Shown here in pieces: positions 12,013 through 23,189 of a stretch of 64,000 nt of DNA (its first letter is position 1; each line of letters begins with the position of its first letter). Under the pieces are notes generated by a model. The model had not been told where the DNA came from, made no database searches, and worked only from the letters and a program-made list of their open reading frames with translations. Both the position numbers and the translations under genes were made by a program. The DNA is from Prasinococcaceae sp. CCMP 1430 (Eukaryota; Plantae; Prasinodermophyta). The DNA lies in assembly GCA_013416795.1 (NCBI GenBank), contig RQSC01000028.1:219365-283364 (forward strand). The letters run 5' to 3'.

Positions 12013-12644
12013 TCAGCTCTGCTGCTGCTGTTGCCTCCTCTTCTTCTTGCGAGTATGAAACTGTGTGGAGCAGCATCCCAGCGGCGCGTCAGCACTCCAG
12101 CCGAGAAGAGACATGCGCTCGCAGGGCAGGCAAAGACACGCGTAGGCACGCCCGCGCGCGCGCGGGGCCACGCCCAAGCGCACGCACGCACCGGCAGCCG
12201 CTTAGAGATCTTGGTGATCGCCGCGAACGGGCTCTTCTTGTCGTCGCCCTCCCCCCGCTTCTTCCCCGCCTTCTTCTTCTTGGGCTTTTCGTCCGTGTCC
12301 ATGCCCTCCACCCCATCGGCGCCCCCCGCAGCCGGCTTCTTCTCCTCCTGCGGGTAGAGCGAGTACCAGCCGTGCTTGGCAGTCTTGAGACCCGTCTCCT
12401 TGTCGACGCCCCCGCAGGTCTTCTTGACGCGCGAGCGCCCCCTGCGCTCGTCGCCCTCGCCCATCCTTTCCGCCGCCAGCTCACTCGCGGGCTTGGCATT
12501 GAACGCCACCACCTTCTCCTGCGCACCCGCTGCCTCGGCCACCGCCACCTTCTTGGCGAGCACCGCGGCGGCCTCGGGCGCCGCCTTGTCGCGCCGCAAC
12601 GAGCGCACGCGCAGCTTGCACTTGGCGCGCAGCGACTTGCCCAT
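12013..12644 (-). CDS. LLPH/Laps-like basic nucleolar protein; exons 12644-12192, 12060-12013
   Basis: The N-terminus MGKSLRAKCKLRVRSLRR resembles the MAKSLRSKxKRKxRAEKR signature. An intron (GTGCGT...GCTGAC...CACAG) gives the C-terminus ISKRLPFHTRKKKRRQQQQQS*. Confidence 0.6.
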
Positions 12645-13541
12645 GGCTGCGCCCGCCTGCCGGCCGCACGCCGGGGCGCGGAGGGCGGCACGCGAGAGCG
12701 AACGGGCCGAGGCGGTGCAAGGACCCTCGAAAGGTCGGGGGGAAAGGGGGTGAGGAGGCGGTGCGCCGTGTGGCGCACCCACCCGCCGCCACTCTGGGGG
12801 CGCGCGCGCGCCAACCGGCGGCTGCGCGGCGGCTGCCCCCTCCGGGGGAAAAAAAAGGGGGGGCCAAATACGCCGCTGCAAATCCCCCATAAAAGAAAAA
12901 AAGAAAAAACGCCCTCACACACGCAGAGGAGAGGATGCATGCGTGATGCGATGCTCTTGCAGACCCTACTTTCGAAACATAGATCAGAATGACCATCAAA
13001 TCTTCCTGACCCCAACATGGCGTCGTGCGCTCCGACCGAGTCCATCAAAAAGCACGCGAACTGCGACGGGTTGCGCGCAACCCGTTCGGGGCCGGGCGCG
13101 GCTTCCGGGGGCGGAGGTTGGGACCCCGAACGACCCCTAACACAACCCGACGCCGGTGCCGCGCGCTTATCAATTCGAATGCACGTCACGTCGTGGCATT
13201 ATGTAGACCCTATCATGTACCCTTATTACGCGCGTCGCCCGATGGATTTGATCTGAGATCGCGCGGGCCCCATTCGCCCGCATGCGGGCCCGCGCGCTGA
13301 TGCGCTTTGACACGGCCGCGCGCGCAGGCGCGCGCGCATGCGCGCGGGCGGCCGGGTCGTGGAGTGACGGACGTGCGATTGTTTGAGATTTGATGGCGCG
13401 TTGTCTGTTCGCGTTCGTTTTGAGCTGGTGCGCGGCCGCGGCGCGGCGCAGCGCCTGCGCGCGGGCTGTGCGTGCCTGCGGGCGCGCGCGCAGCGTAATG
13501 AGGAGGACGCGGCAGCCGCCACCGACGAGCATCACAGCCCG

Positions 13542-13898
13542 ATGAGCGGCGACCGTCCGGCGTACGCCGACCACCTTGGCGGGGACGTCGTTCCTCTCCC
13601 TACCGGCGCCTTTTTGGACAATCTGCGCACCGGTGGGATCGGCAGTGGGCAGTGGGCCAGCATGGGCGTGCCGCGGCCCACCACGTCATCTTCTCACGCT
13701 GACTATGCCTGGCCTGTCGCGCATGGGGAGGCGCCGCCGCCCCCGCGCCCCTCGACTGCGCGCCCGGGCAGCCGCCGCGGCGACCTGCCTCGCATCGACC
13801 CCGCAGACATGCGCGTCGCGGGAGTCGCTAGCAGGCCGGCGACCGCCGCGCGCCCGCAGACCGCTGCATCGCTCATCTACGGGAGCAACCTCGTGTGA
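13542..13898 (+). CDS. Small hypothetical protein with RPxTA repeats (may have an upstream exon)
   Basis: Host-like codon usage; MSGDRPAYADHLGGD...RPSTARP...RPATAARPQTAA. Confidence 0.4.
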   Translation: MSGDRPAYADHLGGDVVPLPTGAFLDNLRTGGIGSGQWASMGVPRPTTSSSHADYAWPVAHGEAPPPPRPSTARPGSRRGDLPRIDPADMRVAGVASRPATAARPQTAASLIYGSNLV

Positions 13899-14375
13899 AT
13901 GCAGATAGTCACCCATTAGCAGTTCGGTGCAGGCAGCGACCACTAATCGTCGCACTCGCGCCACGCGCGGCTGTGTGACTTCGAAGGGTCAGCCCTCGTA
14001 ATACCCCGACCACGTTAGTATTCGCAGCCAAGCCGNGGCCGGGGGAGCGCGCTGGGCGCATCGGCGAGCGCGCGCAGCTCGGCCGCGCGCGCGCGCGCAC
14101 GCTGCGCCCATACCCGTTTTTTTTTTTTTAGGGAGCGTTGGGATGTGGCTTGTGTGGGGAGGCGTGCGCCGCGCACGGGGTGTGCGAGCCCTGCCCCATC
14201 CGTGTGCCGGCAATCGCGCTCGCACTGCCCGCCTGTGTTCCCCTGCGTTGCGCGTTGATCGCCGCGAGCGACTGCGCCGGCCTCGCCCGAGCCGTGGCTG
14301 ACGCGCAGCGCTGCCGCCGCCGCGTCGATGACGACGCTGCCGCGCCCGGACTGTGCGCTCGCTCGCGCGTTGCAG

Positions 14376-15085
14376 GTGGCTGCCGCCGCGATGGCGGCCG
14401 CCCCAACCGCGACCAGCGCGACCGCCGCCCGCGTCGCTTCGACGACGACGGCGAGGGCCGCCGCCCCCGCCACGACGGCAAGGACCGCCGCGACGCGTCG
14501 GGCCACGGCTCGACTCGCATGAAGAAGGAGGGCGCCGGCAAGGGCAACTGGGGCACCTCTGCTGACGCCGCCGGTGCCGAGGACGCCGACGAGGCTGCCG
14601 GCAAGGCCGACGCCAAGGACGAGGCCGCCGACGGCGAGGAGGAGAACGGCGAGCCCGCCGAGCCCGAGGTCAACACGGTCTCGTACGAGGACTTCCTGAA
14701 GGAGCAGGAGGCGAAGAAGGCCGCGCTCAACACCAAGAAGGCCGTCACCACCGTCGAGGAGACCTTCGACGGCATGAAGGCTGCGGGCAAGGCCCAGACC
14801 GAGGGTGAGGACTTCTTCGTCGGCGCTGGCGCCAAGACCAAGGCTGGCAAGTCCTCCAAGTCGCAACGCGCGCAGCAGAAGAACACCAACATCGAGGTGG
14901 GCTTCCGTGCTCCCGCCATCGAGCGCCCCGAGCGCGAGTCGCGCTACGGCGAGGGCCGCGGCGGCGGCAGGGGCCGTGGCGCTGGTGGCCGTGGCGCGGG
15001 CCGCGGCACCCGCGCACCGCGCGAGCGCAACGCCGCGCCCGTCGACCTCTCGGCCGACGCCTTCCCCTCGCTGGGTGGCAACTAA
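14376..15085 (+). CDS. SERBP1/Stm1/HABP4 (RGGA-like) mRNA/ribosome-binding protein, last exon; 5' exon(s) probably lost at gap N14036
   Basis: DRRDASGHG..MKKEGAGKGNWG, SYEDFLKE, RGG-rich tail and AFPSLG terminus. TTGCAG acceptor at 14375. Confidence 0.88.
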
Positions 15086-15702
15086 GTGCGCAACGCCCGC
15101 CCGCAGCACGCCAACGCCTCGTCTCGGCTTCGCGGTGAGCGAGTGGGGCGTCAGGCTTTGTGTTTGCGATAGGGCGGGAGGGGCGTGCTATGACTGCTCG
15201 ATTCGCCGAGACCGCGCATGGGTGCGGGGACAATAGCATGGGAGCGCGCTCGTGTGCAGGCGTGGGCGAAGCCGGCGCACCTCACGGTGCGGGGCGCGAG
15301 CAAAACAATGCAGCTGGAACGGTGACAAGTGGGGCACGCATGGCGCCTGGACGGGGCGGCATGGCCGAATGAACGAGATAAGACAACATCTTTTCAAACT
15401 CAACTCAGAGGCGAGCGGCCACACGCAAATCTGGGCTCGCTCGCTGGCCTGCTCACCTACGCGCTCGCCTGCGAATGGCTGCACAAGCGCGAGCGCACCC
15501 CTGCCACCTTCAACCCCGCTCCCTTCCCACGCGCCCCGGCCCCTGCCGCTGTCTCGTGCGTGCTGTCAACGTGTATGAAATGAATGAGCTCTTAATTTTT
15601 ACATATAGTTGACTGATGGCTCGTGGTGGGAGGACGGCAGCTTTGCCTCGGCGGTGGCTGGCGCGGTCGGTCCGTCAGGACTGACGCCACGTGGCTATGC
15701 GT

Positions 15703-15782
15703 GGCACTGTCGGGCGCGCCGCCGGCTGATCCCTGAGGAGGGGGCCTTTGCGCGGCGCCGCCGTCATGCGCGCGCTCGTGCC
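15703..15782 (-). promoter_or_regulatory. SECIS element (type II) in the selenoprotein 3'UTR
   Basis: AUGA at 15767-15764, ~10-bp helix II (ggcg[g]cgccgc/gcggcgcgcc), unpaired AAA at 15749-15747, apical mini-helix (ggc/gcc, cccu/aggg), 3' GA at 15711-15710, and helix I ggcac/gugcc. Confidence 0.78.
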
Positions 15783-15917
15783 TGCCGCTCGTGCTCTGCT
15801 GCTATCGTCTCCTCGCCCCTTGCCATTCCATTGCGCCCACGAGTAGCACGCACGAGGCTCTCGCACTGCCGCCCCGGGGCACGCATGCAGCGGCCTCGCG
15901 TGCACCCCCGACGCATC

Positions 15918-16286
15918 TTAGAGGTTCGCCTTGACCGCCTGCGCGATCTCCCTCATGCTCTGCGAGCGGTTGCTCGCGTACTTCGAGAAGAGCCTGCGCT
16001 GGTCGTTCTCCCACAGCACCTTGCCAGAGGGATCCTTGACGGTCACCCTGATGGGGTACTTATCCAGGCGCACGGTCTCAATCTTGGCGTCTGGATTGCC
16101 CATCTGGACGGCCGTCTTGGCCGCGTTGCACTCCTGCGCGCGGCCCAGCGCGTCAGCACGCGCGGGCGCGGCTTCGCGCGACAGCCAAAGTGCACACAAC
16201 CGCGCGCACACCCTTTGCCACCCGAGCCGCGCCCAACGCCCCCCCACTCCCCCCCGCGCCCGCCCACTCCGCACTCGCACTCCACA

Positions 16287-16321
<35 letters not shown>

Positions 16322-16502
16322 GTCCCCAGCTTCCTGCCCCTTCTCCCACCACACACACACACGCCGCCGCCCCGCGCCTGCGAAGCACTTCAAGGGTGCC
16401 CACACACTCTCCGCCCGCCGTCTCTTCATCCGCTCGTTGCTCGCTCACCTGCATGCCGCCGTCTCAGTTGCGGCAGAACTCGACCGTGTACGTAGGCGCC
16501 AT
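15918..16502 (-). CDS. 89-aa selenoprotein with a CxxU motif, Rdx/SelW-like thioredoxin fold; exons 16502-16449, 16133-15918
   Basis: ATG in a GCCATGG context gives MAPTYTVEFCRN-UGA-DGGMQ, then CAG|GTGAGC...GCTGAC...CAG, then ECNAAKTAVQMGNPDAKIETVRLDKYPIRVTVKDPSGKVLWENDQRRLFSKYASNRSQSMREIAQAVKANL*. A SECIS and TGTAA lie downstream. Confidence 0.85.
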
Positions 16503-17450
16503 GGCTCCCCACAGGTGTGGAGGTGTGGAGGGTGGGGGTTGGAGGGGCCGGGCGCGCGCGGGAGCCGCTGACCACCGGGTGGTGGTGGTGTGTGTGGGCA
16601 GGGGCGGCGGCGCGCGCGCGCTGTGGCGCGCGGCGGCGCCATCACGGCCGCTGCCGCCGCCGCCTCCACATCAAATCGCACCTTGACGAAATTGCCGTCG
16701 AAACATTATCCTCTTGCGGATTTTGCCATCAAAACGCACACGTCGGTATCCTGTAAATATATTTGTAGACATTGTACACCACGGGAGACTCTCGCGTGCT
16801 GCGCGCACGCGGCAGGCGCGGCTACAATCAAATCGCATTGCGAGCGCGAGGGTAGGGTTCACCCCGCCGCGGGGCCTTGAGATCACGTCACATCGCACTA
16901 CAAATTCCGATTTGGGTGGCACCGACTGGGAGCACGCGAACCCAAACCTCGTCGATCGCGGCCGCGCGGGTATGGTCTGAGGAGATCGATCGACGGCATC
17001 GTCGCAGCTCGACACATTGCTGCCATTCAGTGCGAACTCACTCTCGCCGCTGCGTGCGACCGCTGCGACAGCGTCGGCGGGAGCGAGGACTGCAGAGAAG
17101 GCTGCCGAGGCAAACGCTCTCGAGACTGAGCCGGCCACGCCCTCACGCAAGGCCTCGGCACTACGGTGTGCGCCACGTGCGAAGCCCAAGCCCGTGGGGC
17201 TGGCGCTGGCGTTCGGGGCGCACGTCGAGGAACCCCCTGGGAGCAAGGCGACAGCCGCCAAGCGCTGGAAGAAGACGGGCGGCAAGCCGAGCGCGAGGCC
17301 GCGATCCGCGCGAGCGTCGGCGCACCGGTCGGGCCGCCCTCAAGTGCGCGGCACTAGCGGGCACGCGATTAGTTTGACAACCAGTTGCTGCATTAAAGGG
17401 GGGCCTGGCGGGCCATTGTCGCGCACAAGGCAGCGAAAACGGCCCCCGCA

Positions 17451-18204
17451 CTACAGGCGGCGACCGCGGCGGCCACCCTTCCGGCGAGTGCTGTTGGACG
17501 GGGAGGCAACGGACGGCAGCGCGGGTCAGCGCACGTCTCGCACAAAGCACGGCCCGCGCAAATCGTCGGCGCGCGTGCCGCGGACGACTTGCAGCGAAGC
17601 GCCGCCGCCGTGGGGCGCGCAGGTGCGCGCAGGTGGGCAGGGCACGCTCACGTGCGTGGGTGCGATCGCGCTCGCTGCGCTCAACCTCGCAAACGCACCT
17701 GTCGGTCGGGATGGGGGTCACGTCCTCAATGCGGCCGATCTTGAGACCGGAGCGGGCCAGCGCGCGGAGAGCAGACTGGGCGCCGGGGCCCGGGGTCTTG
17801 GTCTTGTTGCCGCCAGTCGCGCGGATCTTGATGTGCAGCGCAGTCAGGCCGAGGTCCTTGCACTTCTGGGCGACGTCCTGCGCCGCAAGCATAGCCGCGT
17901 ACGGGGAAGACTCATCACGGTCCGCCTTCACCTTCATGCCGCCTATGTGGACCAACGAAGGGAGGGCGCCGAAGACAGGATGCGGAGGGACAGGGGATGG
18001 GGGATCGGTCAGCGCCTGCCTGCGCACGCACTCCCGCCGCCAGCGCCTCGCACCCGCGCGCGGCGAACCACGCGCGCAGGAAAAACGAAAAAAAAGTACC
18101 GCGCGCGCGCCTCAGACCACCTGGCCGCCGCGCGCGCGCGCGCGCGCCGCGCACGCACCGGTGACACGGCAGATGGTCTCCTTGCCCGAGATATCAGTGA
18201 CGTG
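17451..18204 (-). CDS. RPS14: 40S ribosomal protein S14 (uS11), 5' partial; exons 18204-18159, 17942-17699, 17490-17451
   Basis: [40 protein letters not shown]...[22 protein letters not shown]. Earlier exons are lost at gap N18368. Confidence 0.97.
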
Positions 18205-18657
18205 CTGTGGGGGCGGCGGGAGTGGGGGCCAGGAGGGTCAGGTCGAGGCCAGGGGGCGTCTCATCCGCATGCGGCGGCGCGCGGGCGCGCGCGCGCAACC
18301 AAAAAAAAAAAAAACGCGAGCAGACCTAATCATCGGCGGGGGCCGCCGCCGCCGCCGCGCCGCGCCCNGGGTACAGAGGTCGCAGGCGCTCGCGCGCAAG
18401 CTCGTGCGCGCGCGCGCGCGCGCGCCGGCCGCCGCAGCCGCCGCACGACGCGCCTTCGCTTTGATGGATCCCACAGACATACCGCGCATTTACTCCGCAT
18501 GTTTCCGCCAAATCAACGCGCACATAGTACAAAACAAAACCCGCAGGATTCATTTGCAACGCGTTTCGTGCCCCCATGAAAACGCACGGATCGCGCAGAT
18601 GCGATGCATTTTGATGGCGCCGCCCGGGCGCCGCGCGCGCCTTAGGTTTTGTGCCGC

Positions 18658-18888
18658 GGAGCTGATCAGCCGGGCGCCCCGGAGTAGACCCTGACTACTT
18701 AACCCAATTTCAGAACCTGAACTCCCGAGGGTGGGTCCTCCCGGGCGGTCGCACGGGACGACGACCCCGGTCGCACCGCAATTAGACCGTGCATGCTCGG
18801 GCGTTACCTGCCCGACGGACCGGGATAAAAACGGACGATCGGGGTGGAGCGCGGGCGGTTGTGGACAGAGCGCCGAACACTTCGGAGC

Positions 18889-18893
<5 letters not shown>
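18658..18893 (+). ncRNA. Candidate structured non-coding RNA of unknown class ending in an oligo(T) tract
   Basis: Complementary ends (ggagct 18658-63 / agctcc 18886-91) and several perfect hairpins, followed directly by T52. No recognisable snRNA, SRP or MRP motif. Confidence 0.3.
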
Positions 18894-18948
<55 letters not shown>

Positions 18949-18969
18949 CCTCTTTTTTTTTTTTTTTTT
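18894..18969. repeat. Poly(T) tract: T52-gctcctc-T17
   Basis: Seen directly; the gctcctc(T)n unit occurs twice. Confidence 0.95.
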
Positions 18970-19082
18970 GGCGGTTCGGATCGCTTCGGATATCGCGCGC
19001 GCGCGCGCGCGCCGCAACCTCAACCTTCCCGCCGCTCTCCGCCGAAGAATACATGAAAATGTACTCCCATGGTCTCTGAATT

Positions 19083-19091
19083 AAACCCTAA
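19083..19091 (+). promoter_or_regulatory. Telo-box (AAACCCTAA)
   Basis: Exact plant telo-box upstream of SHMT. Confidence 0.5.
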
Positions 19092-19349
19092 TTATTGAGG
19101 AACCCCATATTTGGCGCGCGGCGCGCGCGCGCGCCCGGGATGAGGCGCTTGGATTTACGGGCATTTTTGGGGGGCGCGGCATCGCGCGCGCCGCGCCGCG
19201 GCCGCCCTCCCCAAGCGCACATCAAAATGCGAGCTCCGAGGCGAGAACAGGAGTCTCCCGTGGGTTACTTTTCTTTTTTTCTTTTTCTTTTTGTCGCGTT
19301 GTGCGCGCGCGCGCGCGTGTGAGCGCGCGCATTCGAGTGAGGTGAGGTT

Positions 19350-20930
19350 TTGCGCGGCGGGCGCAGCGTGCGCGCCATCAGCGGCGAGCGCTGGCCGCGA
19401 GCGCGCCCTGCATGCGTCGGCTGTTGCGCCGCCGCGTCGGCGTCGGCGGCGTCTGCCGCGGTGCCGCTGCCGGCGAACGACGAGGCGTACGACGCCTTCT
19501 CGGGCGACGCCTCGCGCAAGCACATCACGTGGCCCAAGATGATGAACGAGCCTCTCGAGGCCATCGACCCCGTCATGGCCGAGATCATCGAGCACGAGAA
19601 GGTCCGCCAGTGGAAGGGCATCTGCCTCATCCCGTCGGAGAACTTCGGCTCGCGCTCGGTCATGGAGACAGTCGGCTCGGTCATGACCAACAAGTACTCG
19701 GAGGGCTACCCCGGGCAGCGCTACTACGGCGGCAACGAGTTTATCGACCAGGCGGAGTCGCTGTGCCAGCAGCGTGCGCTCGAGACCTTCCGCCTCGACC
19801 CGGAGAAGTGGGGCGTTAACGTGCAGCCGCTGTCGGGCTCGCCGTCCAACATGGCGGTGTTCACCGCGCTGCTCAAGCCGCACGACCGCATCATGGGGCT
19901 CGACCTGCCCCACGGCGGCCACCTGAGCCACGGCTACCAGACGCCGACCAAGAAGATCTCGGCGGTGTCCACCTACTTCGAGACGATGCCCTACCGCCTC
20001 GACGAGTCCACGGGCCTGATCGACTACGACGCGCTCGAGAAGTCCGCCGAGCTCTTCCGCCCCAAGATCCTCATCGCGGGCGCGTCGGCGTACGCGCAGC
20101 ACTACGACTACCCGCGCATGCGCGCGATTGCCGACAAGGTGGGCGCCCACCTGCTCGCCGACATGGCGCACATCTCCGGCCTCGTCGCCGCCGACGTCGT
20201 GCCGGGCCCCTTCGAGACCGCCGACGTGGTCACCACCACCACGCACAAGTCGCTGCGCGGCCCGCGCGCGGGCATGATCTTCTTCCGCAAGGGCGTCAAG
20301 GGCCAGGACAAGAAGGGCAACGACATCATGTACGATCTCGAGGAAAAGATTAACTTCGCGGTCTTCCCCGGACTCCAGGGCGGGCCGCACAACCACACGA
20401 TCGCAGGCCTCGCGGTCGCGCTCAAGCAGGCGTCCTCGCCCGACTTCAGGGCGTACCAGGAGCAGGTGATGGCCAACTCGGCGGCCTTCGCCGCGGCGCT
20501 GCAGAAGGCAGGCTACTCGCTCGTGTCAGGCGGCACCTCCAACCACCTGTGCCTCGTCGACCTCAAGCCCGCGGGCGTCGATGGCGCGCGCGCAGAGCGC
20601 GTGCTCGAGCTCGCCAACATCTCCACCAACAAGAACACGGTGCCGGGCGACAAGTCGGCGCTCAACCCCGGCGGCCTGCGCATGGGCGCGCCGGCGATGA
20701 CCACCCGCGGCTTCAACGAGGGCGACTTCGAGAAGGTGGCGGGTTTCGTGGACCGCGGCATCAAGATTGCTGCCGACCTCAAGGCGAAGTACCCCAAGAT
20801 GAAGGACTTCCGCGTGGCGCTGGAGGACGCGGAGGTGCCTGAGATCGCGGCACTGCGCGCGGACGTGGAGGGTTTCACCAAGGACTTCCCCACGATCGGC
20901 TTCGAGCGCGGTGACATGCGCTTTCAGTAG
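19350..20930 (+). CDS. SHMT: Serine hydroxymethyltransferase, mitochondrial (plant SHM1/2 type); start uncertain
   Basis: [51 protein letters not shown] (PLP Lys) and the FPTIGFE C-terminus. Confidence 0.97.
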   Translation: MRGGRSVRAISGERWPRARPACVGCCAAASASAASAAVPLPANDEAYDAFSGDASRKHITWPKMMNEPLEAIDPVMAEIIEHEKVRQWKGICLIPSENFGSRSVMETVGSVMTNKYSEGYPGQRYYGGNEFIDQAESLCQQRALETFRLDPEKWGVNVQPLSGSPSNMAVFTALLKPHDRIMGLDLPHGGHLSHGYQTPTKKISAVSTYFETMPYRLDESTGLIDYDALEKSAELFRPKILIAGASAYAQHYDYPRMRAIADKVGAHLLADMAHISGLVAADVVPGPFETADVVTTTTHKSLRGPRAGMIFFRKGVKGQDKKGNDIMYDLEEKINFAVFPGLQGGPHNHTIAGLAVALKQASSPDFRAYQEQVMANSAAFAAALQKAGYSLVSGGTSNHLCLVDLKPAGVDGARAERVLELANISTNKNTVPGDKSALNPGGLRMGAPAMTTRGFNEGDFEKVAGFVDRGIKIAADLKAKYPKMKDFRVALEDAEVPEIAALRADVEGFTKDFPTIGFERGDMRFQ

Positions 20931-21399
20931 GGTGGTCGCGCTCGCGACGACGCTCGCGAGTCTGTGCCGCCCCGCCCGGTCCCGCGCGTCGGACCACGAG
21001 TACTTTACAGAATTTTATGTGATAACGGATAAGAAGATGTGGATGGTTTGTGACTCAAGGTTCATCCCCACCTTACACAGTGCCGCCGCCCTCGGCCCGC
21101 GCGCGCTCCCGCTCCCAGAGCAAGCGTACGCAGCGCCGCTCACTCGCGATGTCGCGCCCGCCCGCCCGCGCGTATCCACACGCGCACACGGGAGATTGCA
21201 CACATACACGGACGCACACGTGCAACGCACACGCGCGCACGCAGCCGCCCACGACGCGTCGAGCGGTGACGCACGCGTGCAAGCTCCACCCTGAGGACAA
21301 ACGAAGTGGCCGTCCTTCGGCTGTGTGTGTAAAAATACGCAGCGCGCACGCGCGTGCGCGCTCGGCCCGGCCGGCGGTGCCGCTGCCTGCGCGCCAAAC

Positions 21400-22869
21400 C
21401 TATCTCTTCCTGCTGGGGTCGGTCTCGAGGTCGCCGAGGTTGAGCAGCAGCGAGTCCGAGTTGAGGTAGACGCGGTTGGCGCCCGTCGAGATGGTCGACG
21501 CCACCTCGCGCGCGGCCTCGATCTTGCGCAGCGTGATGAACGACGGATTCGAGCGGATCGCCTGCGCGCGCGCGGGGCGCACGAGCGCATGCGCGTCGGC
21601 ACGTGGTGTGCGTGTGCGCGTGTGTGCGCGTGTGTAGGGGAGGACGTCAGGGGAGAGGGGAAGGTGGTGCGGCTGGTGGTCAGCATGCGCGCGCGCGAGT
21701 GCATCCGCTCGCGCGAGGCGCGCGCGCGACCTCGCGCCGCCGGGATCAGTGGTTAATAATTCGATTCCTTGGACTTGTCCGTCACGAGGCATCGGTAGAG
21801 GGAGTCCACGATCATCACCTCCCGGGGTGCGTGTGCGTGTGCGCGCGCGCGCCGTGTCGCACCTTGCCGATCAGCTGCGCCGACTGCGCCTCACCCTCCG
21901 CGCGCACGATCGCCGAGCGCTTCTCCTGCTCGGCCTTCTCGACGACGTAGCGCGCGCGCTCCGCCTCCTGCTGCGCCACCTGCTTGGCCTCGACTGCCGC
22001 GGTGTACTCGCGCCCGAAGCTGAGCTGCGTGATGGAGACGTCCTCGAGCTTGATGCCGAAGTAGCCCGCCCGGTGCTCCAGCACGCGACGGATGTCCTTG
22101 GACACCAGGTCACGCTGCGTGAGCAGCTGCGAGGCGTTGTAGTGTGCCACGACGCTCTTGAGCGTCTCCTGCACTATGGACGGCAGCACGCGCTCCGCCC
22201 AGTCCGTGCCCAGGGTGCGGTAGATCGTCGGCAGCTGGTTGGGGTCGGGGTACGTCAGCACGCGCAGCGAGATGTTCACCATCTGCAGGTCCTTCGAACC
22301 TGACGTCGACTGCACCTGGTTGGGCGTGGCGCGCACGTTGTACACCACCGGCTTGTCGAACCACGGGAGGCACAGATGCGTGCCCTCGCCGTACACCTGG
22401 GTGCGCGTGCGCGCATGTGAGCGCGTCAGCCATCCCCCGGTCAACATGCGAGCAGTCTCGCGCGCGCGCGCGCGCGCTGGACAGCCCGGGGCGGAGCAAA
22501 GCGGCGGCGGGCCGTTGCAAGAAGCGCATGCGCCACAGATCCATCTGCCCTACGCACGCGCGCGCGCGCTCGCACGCTCGGTGCGGCCGCGCACACAGAC
22601 AGACAGACAGACAGACAAGACAGAGAGAGAGAGAGCGTGCAGGGCAATGCGCGCGTGCGCGCGAGCGTGCGCGAGAGCATCTCGAGCCCCATGCGCACCT
22701 TGTCCTTGACGCCGAAGACGCGGTTGAAGACGATGGCGCGGTGGCCGCCCTCGACGTTGAAGAGAGAGTTGTAGCCTGCCCAGCCGACGGCGCCCACGCC
22801 TGCGAGCGCGCCCGCCGCGGGCGCGGCGGTCGGCACGAGCTTGGCGAGGTTGCGGATGAAGTTCGCCAT
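21400..22869 (-). CDS. PHB2: Prohibitin (PHB2-type); exons 22869-22699, 22396-21863, 21561-21400
   Basis: [49 protein letters not shown] and [11 protein letters not shown]. Two phase-0 GT-AG introns. Confidence 0.95.
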
Positions 22870-23189
22870 CTCCGCGCGCGCGACCGCAACCCCCTCCCCC
22901 CCTCGACCCACCTAACGCCCCTCTGCCCTCGCTCCCGAGGCGCCCTCACTCCCCCCCCATCCCACACCCACGCCCACACCGCACACCACCACCAACACAC
23001 CCGCTTATTCGCATAATGTTTCGGTTCGTCATTAAGGGTACAGTACATGCTTTCAGGTAGTAGGGTCTGTATTGGGCGGCGCTAGCGCTCATACGCGAGC
23101 GCCTGCGTCACCGCCAGCTGACTTGCTGGCGTGCCAGGCGCCCGCCGCATCGCCCCCGCGTTGCAGGCGCGCTCCGTGAGAGCGGTAGC

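Noticed and set aside
13909-14035. Minus-strand coding-like fragment ending at N14036
   Set aside because: Two alternative short frames, neither recognisable.
16680-17400. ORFs between the selenoprotein and RPS14; also coding-like AT-rich patches at 5450-5700, 15250-15580 and 40900-41030
   Set aside because: No motif or consistent splice model; probably UTR or promoter DNA.
18205-18367. Possible C/D snoRNA in an RPS14 intron
   Set aside because: No proper RUGAUGA box; the CTGA present is best explained as the branch site.
18695-18712. cttaacccaattt as a telomerase RNA template
   Set aside because: It does not encode 1.5 copies of TTTAGGG or TTAGGG; no support without an Rfam or covariance search.
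18550-19079. Poly-Lys and poly-Phe ORFs
   Set aside because: These are translations of the poly(T) tract.
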